DNA from: Bacteroidales bacterium
GTDB taxonomy: Bacteria > Bacteroidota > Bacteroidia > Bacteroidales > UBA932
Assembly (NCBI GenBank): GCA_017960585.1
Contig: JAGCYX010000111.1
Span: 1,068-65,067 of the forward strand
Direction: 5' to 3'
Length of the DNA stretch: 64,000 nucleotides
How positions within the stretch are numbered: position 1 is the first letter of the stretch; each line of letters begins with the position of its first letter. Shown one piece after another: positions 47,770-57,629 of this stretch. A program made the translations under genes and the position numbers. The notes beneath the pieces are model-generated. The model worked only from the letters and a program-made list of their open reading frames with translations. It was not told the origin of the DNA and ran no database searches.

Positions 47770-47876
47770 TTTCAAAATTTACAAAAAGTTCTCAGGATTT
47801 GCAAATACGTACAGACTGAGGCTTTTACTTTTTGGCAATCTCGACACAAAAACCTAACTTTATAGGAATTAAGACA
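47770..47876 (+). promoter_or_regulatory. Two copies of the same 17-bp direct repeat plus a putative promoter TTTG-N20-TAACTTTA
   Basis: TTTCAAAATTTACAAAA (47770) and TCTCAGGATTTGCAAAT (47790), followed by CAGACTGA. Confidence 0.6.
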
Positions 47877-47905
47877 GAATAACCACGAAAAAGGCTGAAG
47901 TAGCC

Positions 47906-48769
47906 ATGAACCACAACCAGTATTCACAAATCAATCTTGCCGACTGGCGGCAGGTAGGCGAAGGCGGCAACGGGAAGACGTATGTCAATCCCGCGGCCCC
48001 GGGCGAAATCCTCAAGATAAACAAACCCCGCCTGAGCACATTGGAGGCGGTCCAGCACGAATATGACATTTCCAAGGCCGTTGCAGGTCTGGGCCTTTCC
48101 GTCCCCGAGATGTATAACATCGTACGCGTAGGAGACGCCTATGGCACCATCTCCCAGTTGATTAAAGGCAAGAAATCCCTCTCGCGCATCTGCCAGGAGA
48201 ATCCGGAGCACACGGAAGAAATGGCCCGGCTTCTGTGCCAAAAAGGCAAGGAACTCGCTGCCACGCCCTGCAATACGGAATTCTTCCCCAGCAGGAAGCA
48301 GCAGGCGTTACTGGCTGTTGAGAAGGCCACTTATGTGAGCAGCAAGAATAAAAAGACCATCCGGGCCTTCATTGAAACCATCCCCGAGAGTACGGGCTGC
48401 TCCCACGGAGATTTCCAGACGGGCAATCTCATCCAGGCAGGAGAGCAATTGTATTGGATCGATCTGGACCGGTTTGCCTACGGAGACCCTATGTTTGACA
48501 TCGGTCACCTGTTCCTGATATGCCATCTGTACGCCCCCATGAAACGGGTGCAGGACATCTTCCATATGACCCTGGACCAGTTCCAGCGGCTCTGGGATGC
48601 CTTTGCCAAGGAGTACACCGGTAAGGAAGACCACAGCGAATTCGACGCCCGGGCCGGCAAATTCGCCACCCTTGATGTGATCCTCCGGACGGTCTTCCAG
48701 CAACCGACATTCGTGGAGAAACTCTTCTTTGGCGTTCAAGTCAGGAAACTGCTAAAGAGTTATTTCTGA
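47906..48769 (+). CDS. APH/choline-kinase-like phosphotransferase (TIGR02172-like)
   Basis: GEGGNG loop, HGDFQTGN, WIDLD, GDPMFDIG. Confidence 0.85.
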   Translation: MNHNQYSQINLADWRQVGEGGNGKTYVNPAAPGEILKINKPRLSTLEAVQHEYDISKAVAGLGLSVPEMYNIVRVGDAYGTISQLIKGKKSLSRICQENPEHTEEMARLLCQKGKELAATPCNTEFFPSRKQQALLAVEKATYVSSKNKKTIRAFIETIPESTGCSHGDFQTGNLIQAGEQLYWIDLDRFAYGDPMFDIGHLFLICHLYAPMKRVQDIFHMTLDQFQRLWDAFAKEYTGKEDHSEFDARAGKFATLDVILRTVFQQPTFVEKLFFGVQVRKLLKSYF

Positions 48770-48771
48770 TT

Positions 48772-49154
48772 ATGGGTAATTCGTTTTTCTATTCCTGGGA
48801 AGTGAGCCTCGTCGGATTTGTGGACTTCGGCGTCTATCCCATGCTGTTCAAGTTTGAAAAGAAATGAAATAGGCCCTGGCGTCGACCATCTCGGAAGGCA
48901 TTTCTTTCCTCTTCTTCGTCGTCTGGACCTCCTTCACGGTGGACAGGAAATATGGCCTCCAGAAGCTGGTGAAACCCATATGGAAGGAGCTCAAGCATAT
49001 TTTTGCCACCGCCTCCTGGGTCATGGTGGAGTATGTGCTGAGCATCTCCGAGGTGCTGTTCGTCGTTGTGGCGGGCCTCAGCTCGTTCCTGAGCAACACC
49101 ACGGTGGTGGCGCTGTTCGTGAACATCGTTTATCCGTTGACACCATTGTCGTAA
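48772..49154 (+). pseudogene. Mosaic of deleted membrane-protein remnants (PAP2-like, MATE-like, SLC13-like)
   Basis: 31-aa ORF 48772-48867; overlapping ATG-AAA-TAG, then ALASTISE..KYGL (MATE-like) fused to LSSFLSNTTVVALF (SLC13-like). Confidence 0.55.
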
Positions 49155-49224
49155 GTTTTAATTCTTTAAATGAACCTTGCTTGTTTGATGATTGTTTTTT
49201 AATTTTACCAAAAATTGGAGCCAT

Positions 49225-49869
49225 ATGAAACTCAACGATCCCTTTGTTATTACCATTAGCCGCGAAGTGGGTTCCGGTGGCGGCACCGTGGGCCGGAAAC
49301 TGGCAGAGAAACTAGGCGTAAACTACAGCGACAAGCACCTTATCAAGGAGTTGGAAGAGAAATTCAACCTGACCCGGGAAGGTATCGAGCATCTGAAGAA
49401 AAAGAAGAAGAACTGGTTCACGGATATATTTGAGCAGACTACTCCTGCCAACAAATCCTCCATCAAAGTGGGTGGATATACCTTCTCCCGCGAATACAAG
49501 GAGGCCGTGACCGTGCAGGACATCTTCGACGCGGAAAAGGAAATCCTCAACGCCTTCGCCGACGAGGGTTCCTGCGTCATCGCCGGCCGCTCCGCCTTCT
49601 TCGTGCTGAAGGACCGCCCCAACAAGGTGGACATCTTCATCACCGCCTCCAAGGAGCACCGCATCGAGCGCATTATGGCCAAGCAGGGCATGACCCGCGA
49701 AGAGGCCATCGAGCTGATAGAGAACACGGACAAGGGCCGCGACAATTATGTGCAGCGCTACACCGGGCTCAGCCGCTACGACATGCGCAACTACGACACC
49801 ATCCTCGATATGGACTACCTGTCCGAGGACGAAGCTGTCGAGAAGATTCTTACCTTCATCGGCAAATAA
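49225..49869 (+). CDS. Cytidylate kinase-like family protein
   Basis: ITISREVGSGG, SCVIAGR, DKGRDNY, YD..LD. Confidence 0.88.
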   Translation: MKLNDPFVITISREVGSGGGTVGRKLAEKLGVNYSDKHLIKELEEKFNLTREGIEHLKKKKKNWFTDIFEQTTPANKSSIKVGGYTFSREYKEAVTVQDIFDAEKEILNAFADEGSCVIAGRSAFFVLKDRPNKVDIFITASKEHRIERIMAKQGMTREEAIELIENTDKGRDNYVQRYTGLSRYDMRNYDTILDMDYLSEDEAVEKILTFIGK

Positions 49870-49973
49870 CGCCTCGTTTCGCGTTTATCGCCACAAGAAA
49901 AACCGACTGCTAATCTATTAGTTGGTATTTCTTGTGCCGTAGGCAGGACCGTGAGTAATACGACCACATGAAT

Positions 49974-50825
49974 ATGACACAAACACAGAATTACGAACTC
50001 ATCAATCTGGATGAGTATGTCCAGACCGGAGAAGGCGGAACCGCCATTTCCTATACCCATAAGACCAAGAACACCCTGGCGAAACTCTACAAGCCGGGCT
50101 TTGAGGCCGAAAGGGCCAAGGCCGAGTTCCTCACCGCCCGTACCGTCTATGAGCTGGGCGTCCCCACGCCGGAGCCCTATCGTCTGGTCACCGACGGAGA
50201 ACGATTCGGGGCTGAATATGAACTGATTCGGAACAAGCGCTCCTTTACCCGCATCATCTCAGAAGAGCCGGAGCGGTTGCAGGAGATTTCCCTTACCTTT
50301 GCCGACTGGGCCCGGAAGCTCCACTCCATGCCGGCAGACACGAAGCGCCTTCGTTCCTACAAGCAGGCCCTCACGCAATTCTACCAGGAGAAGAACCTGG
50401 TGCCGGAATCGTTCAAACAACGCGCCCTGGCCTTCCTGGAGACGGTCCCGGAGCCCGAAACCCTGCTGCACGGAGACCTCCAGATCGGCAACATCATCAC
50501 TGACGGGGACCGCACCCTCTGGATCGACGTAGGCGAGTTCAGCTATGGCAGCCCGGAATGGGACCTGGCGATGGTTTGGATTATGTGCCACAGAATGAGC
50601 GCACAGCGGGCCGACGTCCTGTTCCACGTCACGCCTGAAACCATGAAGGCGCACTGGGATATCTTTTATCCGGCCTACATGGGCACCACCGATCCCCAGG
50701 TACTTGGGTCCTATATCAAGCGGTTGATGCCTTTTTATGCTTTCAAGGTCCCGTATGTGTACGACATGGCCTTCCATACCGCCCTTCCGGAGGAGAGTTT
50801 CCAGCGTATCCTGCAAATGATATGA
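49974..50825 (+). CDS. Second APH-like phosphotransferase (TIGR02172-like)
   Basis: GEGGTA, AKLY, HGDLQIGN, WIDVG, GSPEWDL. Confidence 0.85.
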   Translation: MTQTQNYELINLDEYVQTGEGGTAISYTHKTKNTLAKLYKPGFEAERAKAEFLTARTVYELGVPTPEPYRLVTDGERFGAEYELIRNKRSFTRIISEEPERLQEISLTFADWARKLHSMPADTKRLRSYKQALTQFYQEKNLVPESFKQRALAFLETVPEPETLLHGDLQIGNIITDGDRTLWIDVGEFSYGSPEWDLAMVWIMCHRMSAQRADVLFHVTPETMKAHWDIFYPAYMGTTDPQVLGSYIKRLMPFYAFKVPYVYDMAFHTALPEESFQRILQMI

Positions 50826-51697
50826 AAAACACCTGTAAACTCCTGCTGCTTATTGCCATGTTATCATCCTGTAATCACACGCCCAAAGACAGAATCCTTC
50901 CCTTTGAAAGGATTGAGAACGGTCGTGAACTGGGCGGCCTTGTGATGCAGGACGGGCGCAGCATCCGCTGGAAAAAACTGGTTCGTTCGGGGAATCTGTC
51001 CCTGGCAAGCGACCGGGATGTCGCCATGCTGAAGGGCTTCTTCCATCTGAGCGACGTCTATGACTTCCGTTTCGACGCCGAAGCCGAGGCCAATCCCGAC
51101 CGCACCATGGACGGGGTTTCCATCACCCGTCTATCCACCCTCCCGCAAGCGTTCATCGACGTATTCTCTTCCGGAAGAACCGACACCACGCAGATCCAGT
51201 CGGCGAATATCCTGGAAACCCTGGCAAAGTACGCCTTTGTGCCCCAGGCCCAGGAACTGGCGGATAAACTCTATCCCGCCATCGTGATGGATACGCTTTC
51301 CCAGCGCTACTACGGGCAGTTCCTGAAGGGTGTGCTGAATGCCAAGGGCGGTGTCCTCTGGCACTGCTCCCAGGGAAAGGACCGGGCCGGCTGGGCCACA
51401 GCCTTCGTGCTGGCCGCCCTGGGCGCCGACCGGAAGACCATCGTGGAGGATTTCGCCCTGTCCAACGTGTCTTATGCATCCGCGGTGGAAGCGCTGTCGG
51501 AGCGCATCACCCAGATGGGCGGCGGCGAGAAAGAACTCGCCTTCATCCGCGCCATGGTGGGCGTGAGCGTGGAGAATTTCGAGAGCACCCTGGACCTTAT
51601 AGAAGCAAAATACGGTTCCCTGGAGGCTTATCTGGAAAAGGCTCTCGGCTTCTCCGCCGAAGAGCAGACCGCGTTGCGAGACAAGCTTCTGAAATAA
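50822..51697 (+). CDS. Tyrosine-phosphatase-family lipoprotein (Y_phosphatase3-like)
   Basis: LSSC lipobox; N.RELGG, RSG.L, HCSQGKDRAG; ATGA overlap with the kinase. Confidence 0.9.
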   Translation: MKNTCKLLLLIAMLSSCNHTPKDRILPFERIENGRELGGLVMQDGRSIRWKKLVRSGNLSLASDRDVAMLKGFFHLSDVYDFRFDAEAEANPDRTMDGVSITRLSTLPQAFIDVFSSGRTDTTQIQSANILETLAKYAFVPQAQELADKLYPAIVMDTLSQRYYGQFLKGVLNAKGGVLWHCSQGKDRAGWATAFVLAALGADRKTIVEDFALSNVSYASAVEALSERITQMGGGEKELAFIRAMVGVSVENFESTLDLIEAKYGSLEAYLEKALGFSAEEQTALRDKLLK

Positions 51698-51755
51698 AAG
51701 ATTTGGGATTTTTTTATATTTGCACCGATACAAACACACTAACAACTGATTTACC

Positions 51756-52283
51756 ATGAAGAAAATTCTTGTGCTGCTTGCACTTACATGCCTGGCTATC
51801 AGCGCTTACGCCCAGAGAGATATCCCCGCAGGGGGCTGTATGGAAGTTGCTTCCGTAGAGAATAATGCCACCTTCGGCGATGCCATCGGTCTGGGCAAGC
51901 AAATCTCCCTGTACAAAGTCAAGGACGACGAGGGTAACCCCTCCTTCTTCCTTTGCATCAGCAACGTTGCGGCTTCCTTTATCTTTGGATCGGAGGATGA
52001 TTTCACCTCGTTCACCATCCCCAGCGGCGGTGTGATGCTGGACTTCGGCACCACCTACGATGATGCTATGGACAATCTGGACGCCCTTCTGGACATGTTC
52101 AAAGAAGAGGATGGCGCGCAGAAGGAATTCCCCACCCGCGACGGCGGCACCGTGAACTGCACCTTCAACAAGGGCCTGCTCGGCAAGCAGATCCTCATCG
52201 CAGAAACCTCTCTGTCCAGGAGCGACGTCAAGTCCCTCAAGACCAGCCTGAAGATTTCCAAGAAACTGCACCGCGACCTGTAA
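51756..52283 (+). CDS. Secreted hypothetical protein
   Basis: Signal peptide ..SAYA; own promoter TATATTTG just upstream. Confidence 0.75.
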   Translation: MKKILVLLALTCLAISAYAQRDIPAGGCMEVASVENNATFGDAIGLGKQISLYKVKDDEGNPSFFLCISNVAASFIFGSEDDFTSFTIPSGGVMLDFGTTYDDAMDNLDALLDMFKEEDGAQKEFPTRDGGTVNCTFNKGLLGKQILIAETSLSRSDVKSLKTSLKISKKLHRDL

Positions 52284-52285
52284 TC

Positions 52286-52801
52286 CTATACAAGCAGCCC
52301 TTTCTCGCCTATGAGAAGACTGTGCGTCAGTCTATAACAGACACAGTCCGAATCGCGGTAAAACTCGGTGGCGCCCCAGCGCTGCCAGTACGCGTGGGTC
52401 TTCAGGCGGTGCATGACCGGAATGAAGATGAAGTCATAGCGCGCCTTCAGTTCCGGCATGATGGACATAAGCATATCGTAGTTGAGACGGGTTCCCCGCC
52501 AGGCTTCGGCCACGATGAATGAGAATACGGCCGTGTAGCGTTGGGCATTCAACGAGGCCAGCAGCTCGGGAGCATCGGTCAGAATCTGCGGGGTCTCCTC
52601 CTCGATGCGGTAATCGCTCATGTTGAGCAGGCCGATCACCTTTCCTTCATCGTCGACGGCCTTGACGCTGAGCGGCCAGTTGAAATGCAGGTCACGCACC
52701 CAGGCCTCGACCTCCGCGCGGTCGAAGCCGTATTGGCGCACCATCCACTCCACGGTAAGCGGAGCATCGGCCGGCGTCATTCTATGCAATGTGTACGGCA
52801 T
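52286..52801 (-). CDS. GNAT-like N-acyltransferase (start may be 52780)
   Basis: FIVAEAWRGTRL motif A; YWQRWGA. Confidence 0.65.
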   Translation of the reverse strand: MPYTLHRMTPADAPLTVEWMVRQYGFDRAEVEAWVRDLHFNWPLSVKAVDDEGKVIGLLNMSDYRIEEETPQILTDAPELLASLNAQRYTAVFSFIVAEAWRGTRLNYDMLMSIMPELKARYDFIFIPVMHRLKTHAYWQRWGATEFYRDSDCVCYRLTHSLLIGEKGLLV

Positions 52802-53657
52802 TGAAACTCAACAGGATTTCGGGATGATACGACAGCTTTGCCTTTCTCAGGCCGGGGATGTCCATATCCTCCTCCCGGTTCACATAGGTGTATTGTTCCG
52901 GCAGATGACTGGCAAACTGCTGGTTGATGATGGCATATGCACCCTCGATGTTGCGGTCGGCCTTCTCTGCAATGACATCGAACGTGTCCCGGGTGACGGC
53001 GGCGCCGAAGCAGAAGGCAACCATACGCCCGTCCGCGTATATGCTGCCGCCCTCCATACTTAATGTATCCCAATTCGAGAAGAGGGTTTCCATCACATGC
53101 CGCTCTCCGATCAATGAATCCTTGACCTCTTTCTTTTCCTGCCACATCGCGGTCAGCTGGCGACATTCGTCAAACAGATCCGGTGTCAGCGGGCGGTATT
53201 CAAAATCGGGATAACCGGCCCGGAAGCGGTGGATGTGGTTGCGCTTGGCCTGCAAATGCCCGCCCGGCAACACGGCCAGATCCGAGCGGCGGTAGATGTA
53301 ATCCAACTGGTCACGCAGCGGCTTCGCAGTCACGGGGAAGCGGGACGTGAGAAATGGGAGCTGAGCGTCTTCCAGGCCATAAATGGTCAGTTTTCCGCCA
53401 CTGTCCGCCAACAATGCCCGGACCAGTTCTTCGGGCACATCATCCTCGGCCGTACAGACCATATAGGCTCGCTTTCCCCTAAGGATGAAGCGCAGAACCA
53501 TGGCATCCCGGAGCAAGCATACCTCGGTCTTGTACAGGAACTGCCAGCCCAGAATATTGGCAAAGGTGTAGTTGCTGTTGCGCCGTCCTGCTTGGAACAC
53601 CGCGGCCTGCATCGACTCCCGGTCAGAAATCGTCACCGGATGAAAGGATAGTTGCAT
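52782..53657 (-). CDS. DUF2156 (MprF/LPG-synthase C-terminal-like aminoacyl transferase) protein
   Basis: DYIY...L..L.G.HLQAKRNHI, EKA....GAY, YVNREEDMDIPGLRKAKLSYHP. Confidence 0.88.
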   Translation of the reverse strand: MQLSFHPVTISDRESMQAAVFQAGRRNSNYTFANILGWQFLYKTEVCLLRDAMVLRFILRGKRAYMVCTAEDDVPEELVRALLADSGGKLTIYGLEDAQLPFLTSRFPVTAKPLRDQLDYIYRRSDLAVLPGGHLQAKRNHIHRFRAGYPDFEYRPLTPDLFDECRQLTAMWQEKKEVKDSLIGERHVMETLFSNWDTLSMEGGSIYADGRMVAFCFGAAVTRDTFDVIAEKADRNIEGAYAIINQQFASHLPEQYTYVNREEDMDIPGLRKAKLSYHPEILLSFNAVHIA

Positions 53658-53661
53658 TTCC

Positions 53662-56364
53662 TTATCCGAGGATGAGTTTCACGCGGAAGCCCCGTTCGGT
53701 GGGCTCTTCCACGACCTGCCGGCATTGTCCGGAGAGTGATTTGCGCTGCGCCTCGCTCAGGGGCGTCGTCTCCATCTTTTCCACCATGAAGTCCAGGGCG
53801 GTGACACCGGACTGCTCGCTGTGCGTGAGACGGACGGTGATGGGGCGGTAGGCGGCCATCACGTCGTCCAGCATCAACTTGCACAGCCGCTGCGCCGCTT
53901 CCTGCTTCCCGGGGATGCCGTATTTGTAGCAGAACGCGCCGAGGGCCGACTGCATGCCCAGGAAGTCGAAGTCCGGGCCGTCGATCTCGAACACCTCCCT
54001 GCGGATGCGCTGGATGAAGGCCTTGGTGGCGCTGTGGACCGGCGCCTCGAAGATCTGCTGCGGGGTGCCGTCCTCGTGGATGAAGCCGTCGTACATGAAG
54101 AAGATGCGCGTGCTCACGTCATGGGCGAACTTCATCTCGTGGGTGACGATGAGCATGGTCATGCCTTCGTCGGCCAGCTGGCGGATGACGCTGAGCACCT
54201 CGCCCACCATCGTGGGATCCAGGGCCGACGTGGGCTCGTCGAAGAGGATGACCTCCGGCTTCATGGCCAGGGCGCGTGCGATGGCCACGCGCTGCTTCTG
54301 GCCGCCGGAGAGGCTGGAAGGATAGACGTCGGCCTTCTCGCCCAGCCCCACCTTGCGCAGGAGCGCCATGCCCTCCTCGCGGGCTTTCTCAACAGCCTCC
54401 CCGCGCAACTGGCAGGGCGCCATGATGACATTCTCCAGCACCGTTTTATGCTCGAAGAGGTTGAAGCTCTGGAACACCATACCCATCTTCTGGCGCATCA
54501 GGTGGACGGGATAGCCTTTGGAAAGGATATTCTCTCCGTCGATGAAGACCTCTCCGCCGGTAGGCGGGTCCAGCAGGTTGAGGGCACGGAGGAGCGTGCT
54601 CTTGCCCGTGCCGGAAGGGCCGATGATGGAGATGACCTCCCCGCGGTGCACATCGGCATTGATGTCCTTCAGCACCGCCAGGGAGCCATAACTCTTTTTC
54701 AGGTGGGAGATCCGGATGACAGGAGCGTCGGCGGCCTGCGACGCGGGCCTGCCGGTGGATTTCCGTGCGCCGGGTTTCCGGAGGACCAGCAGCAAGATGC
54801 CGCCGCCGAGCACGACCAGGACAGCCGCGATCCACGGCCACTTGCTCCCCGTGTCTTTCGGCTCAGACAGCTGGTCCGGATCCGTGAGGAGGCCTGCTTC
54901 CCCTTTGCGCGTCATAAACACAATGTGCGAGGCCAGGTAGCCGTCCGAGAAGAGAACCTGTTTCTTTCGCTCCTCGGTGGCGCTGATGACGCCCATCGCC
55001 AGATCGGCCTTGCCGGTCTGGATGGCGGGGATCAGGGAAGAGAATTCCATGGCAAGGAACTCCATCTTCCAATTGCGCCGGTTGGCCCACTCCGTGAGAA
55101 TGTCGATTTCCAGGCCCGCAGGCACGCCCGAACTGATGAAGTTGAACGGAGCCGTGTCCGGCGCCACGGCCACGGTCAGGGTTCTTCCCGTACCGCGCTG
55201 TACGGGCTGAGGGCGCGTGGATATATCTTCGGGATTCCGCCAGCGATCGTAGATTTCCTGATAAGTGCCGTCTGCGCGTATATCGGAGAGGAAGCTGTTG
55301 AAATCCTGTTGCAGCTCCGTGTTCTCCAAACGGAAGATGGCGCCCAACGGAATCGGGGGAATGCCGGCTCCCACCGTGTCCACCTTGGCCGCAAGGTCTT
55401 TGTCAAAAGTCACCAGGAGGTTTTCGCCGACGACGATATCCGATTTTCCGCTTTCGAGCGTCATGAACATATTGGGCATGCCCGATACGCGCTGTATGTC
55501 GGCGCCGGGCGACATCTCCGTCACGGCAATATCCTGGATACTGCCGAGGACAACGCATACGCGCTTCCCGTTCAGGGCCTGGAATACGGCCGGCACTTCG
55601 GCCACATCGGCCTTCTCCCTGGAGGAGAAAAGCGTGGGCGCGTAGCAGACGGTTCCGCCAAGCAGCAGCAGGACAGCGGCCACCGTGGCCTTCTTATACT
55701 CCTTCGAAGACAGCGCGGTCAGTAGCCGCCCGACGAGCCAGGCCATGAAGAAATAGATGATGGCCGTCAGGATCAGGGGGAAGAAGGCGTCGAAGGTGCG
55801 GGAGCGGATGAGGTCCGAGGCCCGGGTCATGTCCTGCACGGCGATGTAGCCCACGATGCTGGTGCCCTTCAGCAGGCTGATCACCTCGCCCTGATAGACG
55901 GGCATCACGGCCTTCACCACCTGCGGCAGCACGATCCTGACAAAGGTCTGCCGGGGCGTGTAGCCCAGCGCCAGACCCGCCTCCGTCTGCCCTTTGTCAA
56001 CGCCCTGGATGCCGGTGCGCAGCATCTCGCCGATGTACGCCGCCGTGTTCATGCCGAAGGTGACGATGGCCACCACGATGCCCGTGGCCTCCAGCGGCGC
56101 CATGATCACGTAGTACATCAGCATCAGCACCACCAGCACGGGCGTGCCGCGCATGATGTCAATATACACTTTGGCAATTTTCTGCAGCCACGGCCGCCGG
56201 CTCATCCGCATCCAGCACACCAGGCCGCCCAGCAGGGTGCCCAGGATGGTGGCGCACAGGGTGATAATCAGCGTTACCTGCAGGCCGTCCAGGATCATCC
56301 GGTAGCGCTGCTCGGCAATCAGGTTATTGGTGAAACTCTCTGCAAGGGAAGTCAAAAAGTCCAT
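53662..56364 (-). CDS. Single-chain polar amino-acid ABC transporter: permease + 2 SBP + TM + ATPase + extra C-terminal domain
   Basis: RGTP, AYIGEMLRTGI..GQTEAG; two SBP_bac_3-like domains; GPSGTGKS, LSGGQKQR, FDEPTSALD. Confidence 0.92.
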   Translation of the reverse strand: MDFLTSLAESFTNNLIAEQRYRMILDGLQVTLIITLCATILGTLLGGLVCWMRMSRRPWLQKIAKVYIDIMRGTPVLVVLMLMYYVIMAPLEATGIVVAIVTFGMNTAAYIGEMLRTGIQGVDKGQTEAGLALGYTPRQTFVRIVLPQVVKAVMPVYQGEVISLLKGTSIVGYIAVQDMTRASDLIRSRTFDAFFPLILTAIIYFFMAWLVGRLLTALSSKEYKKATVAAVLLLLGGTVCYAPTLFSSREKADVAEVPAVFQALNGKRVCVVLGSIQDIAVTEMSPGADIQRVSGMPNMFMTLESGKSDIVVGENLLVTFDKDLAAKVDTVGAGIPPIPLGAIFRLENTELQQDFNSFLSDIRADGTYQEIYDRWRNPEDISTRPQPVQRGTGRTLTVAVAPDTAPFNFISSGVPAGLEIDILTEWANRRNWKMEFLAMEFSSLIPAIQTGKADLAMGVISATEERKKQVLFSDGYLASHIVFMTRKGEAGLLTDPDQLSEPKDTGSKWPWIAAVLVVLGGGILLLVLRKPGARKSTGRPASQAADAPVIRISHLKKSYGSLAVLKDINADVHRGEVISIIGPSGTGKSTLLRALNLLDPPTGGEVFIDGENILSKGYPVHLMRQKMGMVFQSFNLFEHKTVLENVIMAPCQLRGEAVEKAREEGMALLRKVGLGEKADVYPSSLSGGQKQRVAIARALAMKPEVILFDEPTSALDPTMVGEVLSVIRQLADEGMTMLIVTHEMKFAHDVSTRIFFMYDGFIHEDGTPQQIFEAPVHSATKAFIQRIRREVFEIDGPDFDFLGMQSALGAFCYKYGIPGKQEAAQRLCKLMLDDVMAAYRPITVRLTHSEQSGVTALDFMVEKMETTPLSEAQRKSLSGQCRQVVEEPTERGFRVKLILG

Positions 56365-56466
56365 TGAATGCTATTAATGTGGTTTAGTCTGATAGTGTTT
56401 TCACAAAAATAAGAAAAAAAACGTATCTTTATGATTTGAACAGCCAACCACCACATAATTACCTCT

Positions 56467-56703
56467 ATGGTAAGCCAGAACCCATTCTCTCCCCATAGCC
56501 GGCAGCAGGGACTCCAGTCGCCGGACCAGATGGGCACGCACATCCAGGTAGTCTCCATCGCCTATCCCTCCGAGCAGCACGAGGCCGTGGTCTCGGCCAT
56601 CAGCCCGGTGGTGGAGAAGAACGGTATGGTGCACCTGGAAGCCACGCTGCAGCCGCATCCCCACCTCATGCCCGGCATGACCGCCATCGTATCAAATAAT
56701 TAA
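56467..56703 (+). pseudogene. Probable C-terminal remnant of an RND/HlyD periplasmic adaptor
   Basis: VSAISPVVEKNGMV.LEA......LMPGMTAIV; rest of the protein absent. Confidence 0.5.
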
Positions 56704-56716
56704 AATTCATTATACC

Positions 56717-57559
56717 ATGAAAAGATTTCTTTGCCTCGCGCTGTTTCTGATTTCCGTCAGCGCCTCAGCTCAGAGTATCCTCAGCCGCATCTATGACCCT
56801 GAAGCGGAAAAAGTCGTTTTCGAGAAGAAAGGGGGCCGCAGTATCGGCCTCTCCGGCAGTTTCCGCAGTATCGACGTCGCCGGCGACGACCTCGGCGACG
56901 GCTATGCCGTCATGTCCCTGCTCAACATCGGCACGGGGAAACTTTCTACATACAGCGTCAGTCCCAAGTTCTCCTATTTCGTGGCCGACGACCTCGCGCT
57001 CGTCACCCGGCTGGACTACAGCGGCTATACGCTGAACACCGACCTGCGCCTGGACCTGCGCAGCGCCATGGATCTGGGCAGCCTCTCGGAGGACCCGGAA
57101 GAGCAAAAGGAACTCCAGTCCCTGCTGAACCTGCGCATCTCCAACCGCCACATGGTCAACAACACCTGGGGCGCTTCGCTGGCCTTGCGCAAATACTTTG
57201 CCTTCTTCGGCAGCCAGACCTTCGCCGTCTTCGGAGAAGCCCGCCTGTACGGCAATTACGCCTCCACGATCTCCTGTCCCATCGACGCGGACGGCCGCTT
57301 TGTGGACGCGAAACAGCGCACGAACAGCACCTTCTCGACCGGCCTGAAGATCGCCGGCGGCCTGTGCATCCGTCTGCGGGGCGCCAATTCCCTGACAGTC
57401 AGCGTCCCTCTCGTCGGCGCCACCTACAGCAACACCTGGCAGCACAAGAACCAGACAAACAACAACGCCCACCTCTCCCAGTTCAAGATCGCCCGCAACC
57501 TCGACTTCATGGGCATCCAGATAGGTTACTGCCACTTCATCGGGCCTAAGAAGAAATAG
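56717..57559 (+). CDS. Outer membrane beta-barrel protein
   Basis: Signal peptide; amphipathic strands VSPKFSYFVADD, IQIGYCHF. Confidence 0.75.
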   Translation: MKRFLCLALFLISVSASAQSILSRIYDPEAEKVVFEKKGGRSIGLSGSFRSIDVAGDDLGDGYAVMSLLNIGTGKLSTYSVSPKFSYFVADDLALVTRLDYSGYTLNTDLRLDLRSAMDLGSLSEDPEEQKELQSLLNLRISNRHMVNNTWGASLALRKYFAFFGSQTFAVFGEARLYGNYASTISCPIDADGRFVDAKQRTNSTFSTGLKIAGGLCIRLRGANSLTVSVPLVGATYSNTWQHKNQTNNNAHLSQFKIARNLDFMGIQIGYCHFIGPKKK

Positions 57560-57562
57560 GAA

Positions 57563-57598
57563 GGGTGGCACTGAAAAACACTATTTTCGGTGCCACCC
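57563..57598. terminator. Hairpin between convergent genes
   Basis: GGGTGGCACTGAAAA..TTTTCGGTGCCACCC. Confidence 0.65.
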
Positions 57599-57629
57599 CA
57601 TTGATTAATCAGTCCCACCTCGGGTCAAG

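Noticed and set aside
49881-49936. Hairpin before kinase 2 as a riboswitch
   Set aside because: Single imperfect stem with no recognisable aptamer
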